Source: Hormiphora californensis (lineage: Eukaryota; Animalia; Ctenophora). Taken from it: a DNA stretch of 64,000 bases. The position numbers were made by a program, and so were the translations under genes. Below, in pieces: positions 33,162 through 46,900 of the stretch (the stretch's first letter is position 1; every line of letters starts with the position of its first letter). The stretch is from the NCBI GenBank assembly GCA_020137815.1, contig CM035351.1:1736001-1800000 (forward strand), given 5' to 3'. The notes beneath the pieces were generated by a model that had not been told where the DNA came from, did not search any database, and worked only from the letters and a program-made list of their open reading frames with translations.

Positions 33162-34841
33162 TTAGTAATGGGGTTGAAGTGTGGTAGCTCCATCATAGAT
33201 TCTAGAACGTACAGATCGGATGTGTTCCAGGAAGGACACATCCATTCCTCCTCCATTTTTCATCGAATCAAGTTCAACTGTCGGCCAGAGAATAGAAAAG
33301 TTAGTTTTATCATAACTACGAAGTTTCCAGACACCGTGTAATTTATCGAGAGAAGGAGTTAGAGTATTTAGGTTGCTACAGACAGCAATATGACTGCCGA
33401 TCGGCAGCTCAGAAACGTAGAAATATATATGTTGTAGAAAATCAGGGTCTTGGTGAAAGTGAACATCTGTTTGAGCCTCTAGAATTTCCTGATCGTGGAC
33501 CAAAGTTAATGTAATGACGGGCCATGACTGTTCATCTTCCAAAGTTACAAAAACCTCAACAGCCACTTTACATCTTTTATCGGACCCTTTTGGGTTATCA
33601 TTACAGTAGCTAGGTCCAACAACTCCATGCAGATCGAGAAACAGGCGCTTAGAATGGTGAAAAGGAAAACTCTGCTTAAAAATATTGAAATCAGCATGAA
33701 CTAATTTACATAGACTGCTCTGCTTTTTCACCATACAATTCCACATAATATTCTTAACTTCACAATTGTCGTAACGCAATAAAGGGTAACCCCACAAATG
33801 GTTTCCAGATGACCGTTTATCCATTGCTGCTGTTATTGCATTAACAACGTCCGGTGATAATTCGAAACCAAAAACGTCACAGCAGTAGTCCAGAGAGGAT
33901 GAAAACTGGGTGCATGACCTAATTCTCGGTTCATTATCAAGTACTTTGATGGCATCCAACATTGTTTTACATTCTCCAAGGGCGGGTATCACAATAGGGT
34001 ACACAATAGTGTTCTGGGTATTTGAAGTATCTGAGCTAGTACTACTAATGTCAGAAGGAGAAGCAGTGACCCTTGCAAACACATCAAAAAGAGACAGAAG
34101 GTCTTCCTTAGAGAGAGACCGTTGAACAGTAGTCACTAGTTGCAGGTATAAAGCTTGATCAGCTTGGAAGCAGAGAGTCATGGATGGGAGAGTTAGGAAC
34201 CTCTTTTCAACATCAGTTAGTTTCACAGGATGGGGTTTACCTTCCAAATTACCAATAAGCCACTTGTACAGAAGTATCGCCTCCCCCTCCCCTGCCAGGG
34301 ATAAAGACAGGTGGGTATACCAGAAGTCCTGATTGTTGGGATCACGGGATAGGAAGTCTTGGATCAGTGCCAATGGGAGAGATTCCCCCAGTTTGGAGCA
34401 CAGAGCATCTTGGAGGTGCCTGTTGTTTCTCTCCTTTAGAATGTAGGCTGCTTCTTCAAATAGATACCACGCCATCTCTACAGAGTGTGAAGTGCTGCAG
34501 AGGTCGGTGTAGTACTTCAGACACTCTTCTACCATCCATTGCACCTGGAACACTGCACTCAGTTTGTTGACCTCCCGGAATGTACCCCTGGTGAGATCCA
34601 CAGATCCAGAGTAACACGCCTCAATGAAACACACCACTGAACAGTGGGCGAACTCCTCTACATCCAGTTCCTTGAGCTGTTCCTCTCGAACCAGGTCACG
34701 AATTACTGGGCTGTTCATCGCTAGAGGAAAGGAACTGGAGGACACAACTTCTCCCCCGCTACACACTAGCTGCAGATCGTTCAGACCCCTCAACTCCAGG
34801 TAGTGCCTTCCAAAGTTCATGGGCACTGTCTGTTCAGTCAT
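33162..34841 (-). CDS. Intronless BTB/POZ-domain protein
   Basis: ~559-aa ORF; NDLQLVCSGGEVVSSSSFPLAMNSPVIRDL...FIEACYSGSVDL...LSAVFQVQWMVEEC is a BTB pattern. Confidence 0.8.
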   Translation of the reverse strand: MTEQTVPMNFGRHYLELRGLNDLQLVCSGGEVVSSSSFPLAMNSPVIRDLVREEQLKELDVEEFAHCSVVCFIEACYSGSVDLTRGTFREVNKLSAVFQVQWMVEECLKYYTDLCSTSHSVEMAWYLFEEAAYILKERNNRHLQDALCSKLGESLPLALIQDFLSRDPNNQDFWYTHLSLSLAGEGEAILLYKWLIGNLEGKPHPVKLTDVEKRFLTLPSMTLCFQADQALYLQLVTTVQRSLSKEDLLSLFDVFARVTASPSDISSTSSDTSNTQNTIVYPIVIPALGECKTMLDAIKVLDNEPRIRSCTQFSSSLDYCCDVFGFELSPDVVNAITAAMDKRSSGNHLWGYPLLRYDNCEVKNIMWNCMVKKQSSLCKLVHADFNIFKQSFPFHHSKRLFLDLHGVVGPSYCNDNPKGSDKRCKVAVEVFVTLEDEQSWPVITLTLVHDQEILEAQTDVHFHQDPDFLQHIYFYVSELPIGSHIAVCSNLNTLTPSLDKLHGVWKLRSYDKTNFSILWPTVELDSMKNGGGMDVSFLEHIRSVRSRIYDGATTLQPHY

Positions 34842-35108
34842 AGTACTGTACAATAAGACGTGGGTTAGATATAGAACAGGGGCAGTGAATGTTATACGAT
34901 AGCCTTTAAATTGTAAGGGAATTCCGCCTTCTGCGATTGGGGGGGGGGTTTAATTCGACTAAAACCCCCAATTTTTAAAATACATTAACATACATTTATA
35001 AAATCAACATTCGGGGGTGGGGGGGTGCAGCCCCAAAAAAAATCAAACTTTTTCCGAAACCCAGGGTATGGTTGGTTTTTTGTTGGTTTTTTTTGGTTGA
35101 AATTTTTT

Positions 35109-37118
35109 CGATTTTTTTTGGTCGGTTTTGATTTATTTGATCAAACATCAAAAACATCAAAAAAAAATCAAAAACGATAAAAAAAATCAAAAAAGATCAA
35201 AAAAGATCAAAAGTTTTTTTAAAATCAGCCACATATTACCTGTAACAGGTAGACCTAGATAGACCGGTATCGTACCAACAGGACAAATAAAATTGATTGT
35301 GAAACTTGTTCAAAAGTCAAAAGTTAAAACGAACTTGTCAAAAACAGGTATTTTAACAAGTACAGGTGTCTGGTGTTTCAGTCCTCCTCCTCCCCTTCCA
35401 GTTTTCACCTTAGCTACAGGAAGCCAGAAGTGCGCTGTGTAGCCAAAAAGGAAGACCTTGACCAACGATACAGTCCCCTACGCTGCGGGCTTTTGAATAG
35501 AGCTTCAACGGAAAACCGAGAGAGACAGGGTTTAAGTTTAAGTTTAAGTCGCTGGGCCTTCGTACCTGTGCAGTGTGCGCCCAGGGGCTTTGGGCGGCAG
35601 CCCGTGTCTGGGGGCAGGGGAGTGGGGGTGAAACCCCGCTACAAGCAGGGTATGGGGTTGTAAGCCCCGATGGGGGTCGAGGAAGCGAAAATCTCTTCCA
35701 AAATTAAGTTTTTTTTTCAAAAATGAAAAAAGTGTCTTGTTTCCTTTTTTCTATTTACTGCACGAGATAATAATAAGACTTTGAAACAATTGGCTGAGAA
35801 GAAGGCGACTAAAACAGGATATTCATACGATCAGTGTATCCGGTACCTGAGGCTAAGGTTGTCATTTGCCATGGTCCGCTCCGTCACCATTTCCATCAGG
35901 GGGCACCGCGGACGACTGAGGGCAGAAGGCAGCAGCGGTCGGGATGACAGTATCTACCAAATAGACTAAATCTTTTATTTATATAATTTATTGACCCCGT
36001 TTGTTTAATTTATTATTGACATTGTAAGTGTGTGTACCACTATTTATATTCAAGGCCAATATCGGCCGACCCCCCCCAGTTTTATTTACTGCACGAGCGC
36101 TGAATTCGCGCGTCGATTTTTTTTGGTCGGTTTTGATTTATTTGATCAAACATCAAAAACATCAAAAAAAAATCAAAAACGATAAAAAAAATCAAAAAAG
36201 ATCAAAAAAGATCAAAAGTTTTTTTAAAATCAGCCACATATTACCTGTAACAGGTAGACCTAGATAGACCGGTATCGTACCAACAGGACAAATAAAATTG
36301 ATTGTGAAACTTGTTCAAAAGTCAAAAGTTAAAACGAACTTGTCAAAAACAGGTATTTTAACAAGTACAGGTGTCTGGTGTTTCAGTCCTCCTCCTCCCC
36401 TTCCAGTTTTCACCTTAGCTACAGGAAGCCAGAAGTGCGCTGTGTAGCCAAAAAGGAAGACCTTGACCAACGATACAGTCCCCTACGCTGCGGGCTTTTG
36501 AATAGAGCTTCAACGGAAAACCGAGAGAGACAGGGTTTAAGTTTAAGTTTAAGTCGCTGGGCCTTCGTACCTGTGCAGTGTGCGCCCAGGGGCTTTGGGC
36601 GGCAGCCCGTGTCTGGGGGCAGGGGAGTGGGGGTGAAACCCCGCTACAAGCAGGGTATGGGGTTGTAAGCCCCGATGGGGGTCGAGGAAGCGAAAATCTC
36701 TTCCAAAATTAAGTTTTTTTTTCAAAAATGAAAAAAGTGTCTTGTTTCCTTTTTTCTATTTACTGCACGAGATAATAATAAGACTTTGAAACAATTGGCT
36801 GAGAAGAAGGCGACTAAAACAGGATATTCATACGATCAGTGTATCCGGTACCTGAGGCTAAGGTTGTCATTTGCCATGGTCCGCTCCGTCACCATTTCCA
36901 TCAGGGGGCACCGCGGACGACTGAGGGCAGAAGGCAGCAGCGGTCGGGATGACAGTATCTACCAAATAGACTAAATCTTTTATTTATATAATTTATTGAC
37001 CCCGTTTGTTTAATTTATTATTGACATTGTAAGTGTGTGTACCACTATTTATATTCAAGGCCAATATCGGCCGACCCCCCCCAGTTTTATTTACTGCACG
37101 AGCGCTGAATTCGCGCGT
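35109..37118. repeat. Apparently exact 1005-bp tandem duplication (35109-36113, 36114-37118)
   Basis: Identical ORFs offset by 1005 (35373/36378, 35781/36786). Confidence 0.9.
35767..36082 (+). mobile_element. Heavily 5'-truncated RLE-type (CRE-like) non-LTR retrotransposon 3' end with 15-bp TSD; second copy at 36772-37087
   Basis: KQLAEKKATKTGYSYDQCIRYLRLRLSFAMVRSVTISIRGHRG is homologous to the C-terminus of the 48749-49891 ORF; TSD tatttactgcacgag at 35752-35766 and 36083-36097. Confidence 0.8.
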
Positions 37119-37819
37119 CTCACTTGCAGTGGTTTCACAAATTAATTTAATTCGCGCGTTACAACCAAATCAAGATGTGTTGACCCAACACCGCGCCGCG
37201 CGGCGAAGAGAGAGAAGAAGGAAAATTTGAAAAATTCTAAAAACTGAAAACACTAAAAATACAAATTTGGGAAGTTTGACCGGCCCGGCCGCTTGAAAAG
37301 CGCTGCCTTATCCCGCGCTGCTATCGGGGGCCAGCAACGTTTGCCAACCCGGCCGCCGACGATGTCCCGTTCCACGACGCCCTGTGCATCAGGGAGTAGG
37401 GACTAAGCTGGCAGTTATGCATCGGGAGCCAGGATTGTGTGGCTAGAATACAAGCAGGAGCCAGCTGCCAGGGCGTTATAGCCTATAGGAGACGGAGGCC
37501 GTAGCCCCCGTGAAGCTTGATCGAATAATTTATTGTACTAAAATCTAAATGTACAGAGGAGTGAGGACTGCAGTGTTCGATGAAGCTGGTGGCTTCCACA
37601 TGTTATTACTAGGTAGATTATTCTCTGGATTTGAGTGGAGGTTTTCAGCATACGCCCTAAAAGTATTTTCCCAATCCGGGTCCAATGACGGTCGTGTGGC
37701 TCTAACCAACCAACCAACCAACCGCACAAGGCTGGTTGAGAGCTCTGGCGTTTTTATCATGAATTTGTCTCTGTTTTTGCGTTTATCTCTTAACTATGAC
37801 TCTATTTATTTAGCTGAAT

Positions 37820-39003
37820 ATGGTGTTATCGTTTGTTGACTACCTCGAATCTCCGCCTGTCTTTGAAAGTGTAGTAGTGGGAAATACAGCCTGTGATCTG
37901 GACTCTGTTGTGTGCAGTCTTGCTCGAGCTTACCATCTCACATGTCAAGGTAGTAATTTGATCCGTGTAGTGGCTAAACAATGTCAAGGTGTAGTAATGT
38001 GATCCAAGGTTGTTGAAGTGCGATCCGTGATGTATATCGAAACAGAAGTTGGCTCGTTCATTATGAAACTCTATAAGTGCCACTTCCTTACCTCTCCCCC
38101 TGTATTTCAGGTATCCCTAGCACCGCTATACTTCCCATCAAGTCTGCCGACCTGCCCCTCCGAACTGAGGTCATCTACATGTTGCAGCTCCTCAAGATCT
38201 CACCCTCTAAACTTCATTTCACAGACTCTGTCCTCCAGTTTCCTGACAATGTGACCCTTCACCTTGTGGACCATAATATATACGCACCCGGTACCATCCC
38301 CATTCTTACATCCTACACGGTGGACTCTGTTGTTGATCACCATGTAGACGAGGGTGGCCCTGCAAACACTAAAACTATCAAAATGGTCGGGTCTTGTGCA
38401 ACACTCGTTACCGAGATCATGACAAGTGATGCCAGCTTCACCATTCCTTTAGATCTCAAAACAGCCCTTGCTGGTACAATTCTACTTGACACGATAAACC
38501 TTGATTTGCAACAAGGTAGGACTACCCGGCTGGACTTCGACATGTTCCAGAAAGTTAGAACCCCAAGAGAGAATCTTTTTAAGGATCTCATTGCGGCTAA
38601 AACAGATATTTCGTCCCTGAATGTGTTTGATCTTCTCCGCCGTGACTTCAAGATGTTTACATCACGAGAGGGTAGTGTTGTTTGTATAGCCTCCATAACC
38701 GGTGCAAATTGGGAACAATACTCCTCACTTCCTGAGCTTCAATCCCTAACTGACAAGTTTCTTACCGAGTTTGGTGTTAGTGTCCTAGTGGTAATGTTGG
38801 CATATCATGAAACGAATGGGGTCTTCTCTCGGTATCTAGTGCTAGGGAAAGGGAGCAGTGTCATTGATGTTGAAGAGTTGAGAGATGAGCTAGATTTGAA
38901 GCTGATTAGGACACCAGATAGTGATGTGAGGGTGTTCAGCCAGAGAAACTTGAAGGCGTCCAGAAAAGTTGTCATGCCATTAATTAAAGCTCAGCTAACA
39001 TGA
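37820..39003 (+). CDS. PRUNE1: Exopolyphosphatase PRUNE-like (DHH family); intron ~37950-38110
   Basis: VVGNTACDLDSVV, LRTEV, LVDHN, VVDHH, VGSCATLV, TILLDT, LRRDFK, ASRKVVMP. Confidence 0.9.
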
Positions 39004-39184
39004 TCTTGAAATGTTACTCTAGATGTTAGATGTTGCAAATTATTTTGTGTTGTTGTTTTTTTGTACTTTTTAGTTTTCTACATTTCAATCCACATATTTT
39101 AGTTTATAGCTAAATATTCAAATTGTTTTTTATCTTATACATCTGTGATCTGATTAATAATAAACCCAAAATGTCTAGGCCAGG

Positions 39185-40672
39185 ATGAAGTCAATTCTCG
39201 TGTTAGCCCTGCTTCACCTAACCCTCGGTAAGTTTTTTAATACATCACCGGATATGTATTATTTGCTTCCCTATACACTTTATAATGTACTTTTTTATCC
39301 TAGATTATTCATTATAGTTCTTCCGCTTCTTATTTCAACTTCTATTAGGACATATTTTAATCAACATCTCTACTCCAGGTTGCTCCAACTTTGATGTAAA
39401 GAGTTACACGACAACAAACATTGCTCTAGCAACAGAGACAGCTGTGCTAGTGGAATTCACATCTGACTGTGGGGACGCTAAACTATCTGCTGTTGTTGGT
39501 ATGTTGAACTCAATGAGTTTACTTCTTGACTTTCTCTATCCTATAGCCTAAAGTAAACAAGGTATACATGGAATCCTAATTGAGTCTAGCTTTGCTTCCC
39601 CAACTTTGTGTATAGTACGTGTGATCATGACAGGCAGGGGTATGTGTGTGAAGCAGGAGTATTGAGACAATATTCTCCTCCCTTTATTATACACCTCATT
39701 GTACACGGCAGCTCCTAAAGCCTGGTCTGTGTTTATCTCTCCATCTTACTTCCGCCCACCATTGTGTAGCAACACACGAATGGTGTTGAGTTGTAGACGT
39801 GTCAGCTGTTCTGTGACCACTTGAAAGTTGAAACACGACCCTAGCTGGGGTATAATGGGGTGTTGAACATCAATTAGCTTCAACTTCTCATGATAAGATT
39901 ATGGCGACAATCTCCAACCTATTTAAAAACCGTACCATTGGCGACTAACCAGACCCTTATTTGGCAATAACTAACTAACCTCCCTCCCCCACCACCCTTC
40001 TACAGACGGTGAAGTACTGCCAGTGTACAGTGCAGGAGAGAAGAGCATGGTAACGGTTGTTAAGGAACATTCCCAACTCCCTGCCAACACATACACTGTG
40101 AGTAGCTAATCATTCATTGTCTTTATTCTCTGTTCATATTCTCTCACCTCCTATCCAAGAAACTCCTTTCTCCCTCTCTCTCTCAGGTTGATCTCTATGA
40201 TGAGGCCGGTATTGTTGCCTTCAAGAACTTTGCTAAGGAGGGTGCCGGTGATGCCCCTAAAGCTATCCACTCCATCTCTGTTGTGCATCCTGTAAGTAAT
40301 ATAACACGTGACGTATACATGTGACGTCATCGCGCTGCTCCTGCTCCGCTGCTGCTGCGGGGTCTACACGACACGTCAAGTCGGAGAGAGGGATTTGGAC
40401 TGCGCGCAACTACTGTCAGCACTTCTCACGCGTGTCACTGAGCCGCGCACACCCTCTGACGCGTACCCAGAGCGTCATCAAACACCTCTCTCCAGTGACA
40501 GGTGTGCAGTGTGTGATTGTTTGTTTGCAGAACACAGTAACCAATCCTTCCTTTCTTTGTACAGGGTGTTTCAAAGGAAGGACTCCCCATCCAGTCTGAA
40601 TTCATTGTCATGGTCGTCGCCCTGCTTGTGTGGTGGGGAGCCAACAGTATCAAGGCCAAGATCTCGGAGTAA
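39185..40672 (+). CDS. SSR4: Translocon-associated protein delta (TRAP-delta); five exons
   Basis: Signal peptide, CSNFDVKSYTTTNIALATETAVLVEFTSDC, TYTVDLYDE, ISVVHPG...QSEFIVMVVALLVWWGANSIKAKISE*. Confidence 0.85.
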
Positions 40673-41001
40673 AGAAGGAAAGCACATTCCTAATTTCTTC
40701 TACTACGTTTTATCACATTTCTTGTTTCGAACTGTACAGAGGTTTGACCAAGGGGGAGACCTTTAGAACACATAACACAGACGTGAGACAGAGGTCTATT
40801 TGTTGGAACTGTTGTGAGTCATGTGAGATTGAATTTTTAATTCCCATCACTCCTATAACACTCTTGTTTTACATCCCCTCTTGTTATCTCAAGTTCGAGA
40901 AACCCAACCCCCCTCTCCTATTGCTTGTTATGTTCCCTCACTTCTCAGTTCTCCCCCAGTCCCACTGCTAACCCTCCACCATTTCCCTTGTAGCACTCAC
41001 C

Positions 41002-41802
41002 ATGTTGTGGAAGCTTCTCCTCATTGCCTCCCTCTGTCTCTCCCCGGTCCTGGTTAGGGCCCAGGAGGAGGACCAGATTATGGATGGAGATGAGGATTCT
41101 TTGGATGATGGAGCCCCTCTAGATGACGGAGCCCCTCTTGATGACGGAGAACCAATTGTACATGAGGAGACAGCTAACGCTGAGGAAGAAGATTTCGTAA
41201 TCAAGGCCTCCCCCGATGCTAAGGTGTTCTATGCTTTCCCTAAGATGAGTGACGAGACTAGGTTCCCTGGTGGTAAGATGGTCAAGGCTCTTATCGGATT
41301 CCAGAATAACGGACACAAGAGCTTCATTGTGGATAATGTCGAGGCTGGCTTCCGATACCCCATGGACTACAACTATGTCATCCAGAACTTCACCAGTTTC
41401 AGATACAACAGAGAGGTTGCCCCAGGTGCCACTCAGACCTTCCTCTACATGTTTGTGCCCAGTGAGCAGCTGGCTGGAGGCAGCAGGACCTTCTCTCTGG
41501 TCATGTCCCTGAACTACAAGGATGACGAGGGTAACCTCTTCACTGACTCCCCCTTCAATGAGACCGTGTCTGTTCATGAGGTTGATGAGGGATTCGACAC
41601 TGAGATCTTCTTCATGTACATCCTGCTTGCTGCATTTTTTGGTATCATGCTCTTTGGTGCCCAGTACCTGCTGTCTAGTGCTTTTGGTGGTCGTAAATCC
41701 GCTAGGAAGGCGATCGAGACGGGAACAAGTGGAGGAATCGACTACGACTACATCCCCCGGGAGCACCTCAAGAAAACTGCCAAGGCCGGAAAACGAGACT
41801 AA
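41002..41802 (+). CDS. SSR1: Translocon-associated protein alpha (TRAP-alpha); intronless CDS
   Basis: Signal peptide, acidic stretch, ASPDA, LIGFQN, FRYPMDYNYVIQNFT, FNETV, TM segment, IETGTS..DYDYIP. Confidence 0.95.
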   Translation: MLWKLLLIASLCLSPVLVRAQEEDQIMDGDEDSLDDGAPLDDGAPLDDGEPIVHEETANAEEEDFVIKASPDAKVFYAFPKMSDETRFPGGKMVKALIGFQNNGHKSFIVDNVEAGFRYPMDYNYVIQNFTSFRYNREVAPGATQTFLYMFVPSEQLAGGSRTFSLVMSLNYKDDEGNLFTDSPFNETVSVHEVDEGFDTEIFFMYILLAAFFGIMLFGAQYLLSSAFGGRKSARKAIETGTSGGIDYDYIPREHLKKTAKAGKRD

Positions 41803-42265
41803 TTCCTCCCTAGATTTTTACCCCACAACACCAAACCGTTCACAACAACATGAAACATCCCTGAAGAAGAAGAAGGAGGCCCCATCTTGTGTCTGTGTCC
41901 TGTATTGCAGTCAGTGGATGTTCGATCTAGATCCTGCATTTCAGTGTGATAGACTATTGGGACTCCTCTCTCTCTCTCTATCATCCCTAGGTTACCATGG
42001 TAACAAAATCCCCCTTTTTATAGTCTCGGGAAGAGTATTTAACATCCTGTATTTATAAGAAATTCGGACCCCCACTCGTGTTTATCACGTGGTGTGTGTT
42101 GTATATTGATGTTTTTGATGTGTTAAGGTTTACATTTTACTTCACACGATAACCGATCTATATTACTACCCTTCCCTCTACTACTCCTCCGCCCTCCCTC
42201 TATTACTCCCCCGCCCTCCCTCTCTTTCCCAACTAACCCACCTCTCTCCGTGTAGCTAGAGAAAC

Positions 42266-42785
<520 letters not shown>

Positions 42786-43939
42786 AGATTCAGAGAGGGA
42801 TACAACCGGGGAGAGAGGGACAGTTTTTGGGAGTGACGGGGGTGCTATGTTTTATTGAAACCACATATTGAGTGTTTGACACGCGTGTTTACTGTATCAT
42901 TCTGTTCAAATTCTTCAACAATCCATTAGATATTGTGTTCATTTTCGTTTCAAGGATTCTTTGGTCAGGAGGTTTCAGTTTCACGAAATGTGGCGACCTT
43001 TTCGCCCTTCTTAATTGGGTCACCGACGTCATGTCAAGCATGGGGGCCGTTGGGGGAGGGGGGCTCAAGCATGCCTTGCCTTCACTCGCTATTTTAATTT
43101 TGTAACCGACCGATACTGCCAAACAATCGTTAAGAGAAATGAAACACTTTTTTTCTTTAATTTGAACATTAAAATAGCACAAGTTAGGCTACAGCTAGCT
43201 CCCATTTTCTCAATTATTGTGAAACTAAAAACCTCTGGAGCTTGGCAAACGATTAGGTATTTTCCTAACAAAATAACGTCAAAACGTGGATTGTAATCTT
43301 ACACTAAAAAACTATAATCGTCTCCCAAAAATTATCACTCGGAGAAAAATAACAGTCTGTTATCATGCTTTGTATCGCTACAATTGCTGGGAATGACGCT
43401 AAGGCAATATAATACATGTATATCCGAACTGTCTGAATAAATAAATTAATCCGGATTAATATCAGCAGATTGACAGCCAAATTAAAATTGGTCTGCTACT
43501 ATGAGTGTAGAACATATTCTCAATTTTATGAAAAAAATTAACCAATACTGTCTCAATGCCAACTCAAAAAATCTCTTTCACGGGTGAGGGTCAGTATGAA
43601 AAACGTTTACACAATGCACTGAACAATATGTGAATGGTGGAACGCTTTGTCAACCAGAAATCAATTCTTCACACACAGTACACACAGTTGATCTAAAAAC
43701 TTAGTGTTGTGCTAAAGCGTCATTCCCAGCAAAAATGCGAATTCGAATTGAAACACCGTCTCAATCGTGTAATTGATACACATCCCACATCCTTATCATT
43801 AGTCCATCACCAACTGATTGTCTTGCACCGCTTCTTCCTTGCCCTCCCACCTGCTGTATAGTTACACAGGGTAGTGATACATTGGGAAATGGAATCATCA
43901 ATCATCGGTAGCAACCCGCTAGTATCCATTGGACCGTGT

Positions 43940-46900
43940 TCATGCAATAGACATACTGCGGTTCAACTGTTTTCCAACCAGTCTACTGCTTCCACCCCCA
44001 CCAAGGGCCTTGGTCAGTGGAGAGTCCTTTGCTTTCTCTAACTCCCTGCGAGATTGTGTTAATTAGGATTCGGGCAGTTGCATTCTGGCAGTGAAATTGA
44101 AGCTGATCAAAAGTTGAAAAAGCACGCCAGATTCTAACCTGAGTAGTCGAAGGTTCTCTATCTTTTCCTCGTGTAGCTTCTTTGTCAGCTCAAATATCTT
44201 CTCCTCCTCCTGGCTGATCAAGAAAGGATTCTTCAGGATTGTAGCAGGGCTGGGTCTATCCTTTACATCGGGTCGGATCATCCTCAGCAACATTCCATGT
44301 AACTTGTCTGACATGTTATCTGACTGCTCCAACTTCCCTTCCCGTATAGCATGCCACTCTGAACCGTGTTTTGGAAGCTTCTTCAAGGTGCCCTGGGTAG
44401 GAAGTGGGTCAAAAACAGCTGCACATGCAGGAGTAGCCAGCGGCAAAACAAAACCACTACCATGTGGGTCTGTTGAAAGCCGCTCGCGCGCGGCTGACAC
44501 CACTTGGCTTTGTATAGAAAAAGCGCGCAGGCCGAGGGTGAGAGGGCGGCATATTTGAATCGCTCACTGGGACACTCAATATCTCTCGTAACAAGATTAC
44601 AACACGCCAGAAGATGATGGCCTGACTTCACTCACCGTTTCATAGACTGTGAGGGCCAGAGAAAACACATCTGCTTTCGTGAGATCAGAAAAGTTCTGAA
44701 AGGAGAGAGGAGTTAGTTAATTCTAGTATAAACTCTAAACTCTAAACACACAAGCCTATCAACAGGTGCACATGTTAGGATAAATCCTAAAAATAGAATT
44801 CTCACCTCTTGCATTATTTCTAGAGGCAGGTATCGCACGTCCCCCTCCTCCACGACAGGGTCCGATACTGTAGTCACCAGACCCAGATCACCAATCTTAT
44901 AACACGTTCCTGTTCTATTCTCATCATCCGCAACCTGGGTGGGGATCGTTATCATGATACCATGATGACGTCATAATGACGTAACTTATATCGGGCAGTT
45001 AAATTCGGCATAATAATGCGAGGTTAACTGTCTTGATCACTAAAACAATGGGTATTTATGCCACTATAAACTGTCAACTGTAATTATAACTACCTCTCTA
45101 TGTGAGATGAAGATGTTTCCAGGTTTTATATCGAGATGTGCCAGACCCATGGAGTGCATGTACCGTAATCCCTGCAGAGAGGAATGTTATTGAAACTCTA
45201 ACACCCATTCTTTGAATTCCATGATCTCTAAAAACAGTGTAGCTGAATGTTTCTAGAACATAATTTGATACCCTACACCAATCCCACCCCATGACAGATC
45301 ATAAAGAGCTGCAGAAAGTTCTGCACAGCCACCCTCTCCCCACGCGTGGAAGTGGAACTGTCACCTCCCTTCCCTGTTTATATACAGGGTGTCCCATACA
45401 TTTGTAACACACATACCTTGGAGACCTGAACCAGTATCTGTATGAGATCTCTCTCCAGTGGTATCTCATTATTGATTCTCAGATTCACTATTCTATCTAG
45501 GAGACTTCCCCCGTTGCAGTATTCGTTCTGTATTATCATGTGCTTGTCCTCCGCCCAGGCACTGTAATATTGTAGGATATGTTGGTGTTTTCCAAGTAGG
45601 GCATGAGCCGTCACCTCCCTCATCGCTGTAGTCCTAGGGATGGAGAGGATAATGTTATAGTTGTAGTCTAGGGAGATAGGGAGGGGTCATTTAGTATAGT
45701 AGTCATAGAGAGGGGCAGCTGGGAGATTATATCAGTAGTCCTGTAGATATGGTGTAGCTATACGTAGTAGTAGTGGGAGAGGAAGTTGTTTAGTTGTCTT
45801 GTGAGTGTTGATGTCCATTGGCCACCAAAGTGCAGTACTGATAGTTTCTAAAGGGAATTAAGAAACAGATGCTTACTCTTTATTCGACCCAGCCAGGGGT
45901 TTTATCAATCGCTTCAGTGCATAAAAGCACCGATCCACTTTATTCTGACACTTATACACCTCTCCAAATTCTCCCTTTCCAATGAGTCTGTGTTCTACAA
46001 ACTCGTTCCGGTACCGAGACTGGTTCAGATCAAATCCCCCGTGGCAGGAGTCCCTGTGGTGTCGTGAGTAGTTCGCAGGAACGGGGCGACGTAATTTGCT
46101 GAACAACGCTACACGAACATCGTTTAGTTCTCTGGGGAAAGGGAGGGAGGGGTTAGGAACACGTTTTGTTAACAGTTAGCGCCCACGTTTTGTTAAACAT
46201 ACATAGTAGATCGTCAAGAATTTATTGCTAATTGGCAACTAAAGAAGTTCAAGTGGATATCCAATCAATAATTGTGAGTTTATCACCACTTACTCTTCAT
46301 TCTCGTTGCACATTTTTCTTCTTTTCTTTTCTGATAAACTGCTTGATCTCACGTCTGCTGGTGTACTTGCCTGTGCAGAGGGCTAAGGTAGTTATAGCTT
46401 CATGTTCGGTGTGAGTGAAGATGTGATGGAAAGCGGATTGGTACCGGAATGAGAATTTTTCTTTCCAGTGTTTTTTGAAAAAATTAATTTGAAACTAAAC
46501 TAAAGCTGGATCTATGAGACGTCAAAAACATGACGATACATGTCTGGAAGAAGCATGTAACTTACCACGAAAGGGGCAGCAAGGGGAGAAACAGGAGATG
46601 AAGTTCCACTAGAGGATCGCTTTAGAGTACTAATCCTACTGGACCGTCGAACACTACACTGGGAGCGACTACCAGTTAGTACCGAGGGAGACCTGGGGGA
46701 GGGGTGTAATTAGTTGCTGTCATTCACTCTCTGACATTCTCAACAATAGTACATGATATCCCTATTATATTCCCTCTCTTTGTACTATTCGGAAGCCACA
46801 CGGGACTGAATTTGTGAACACTTTCTCTCTATAAAGCACAGATCCAGGAGGACTGAGTTAGTATAACAGCTGGTGCCCCTTGAAGCCTCACATTTCAGCC

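Noticed and set aside
35109-37118. Exact 1005-bp duplication as an LTR pair
   Set aside because: Copies are directly adjacent, with no TG...CA ends or internal gag/pol; a simple tandem duplication or assembly artefact
41119-42058. Long alternative-frame and antisense ORFs over SSR1
   Set aside because: Expected shadow ORFs of a codon-biased gene
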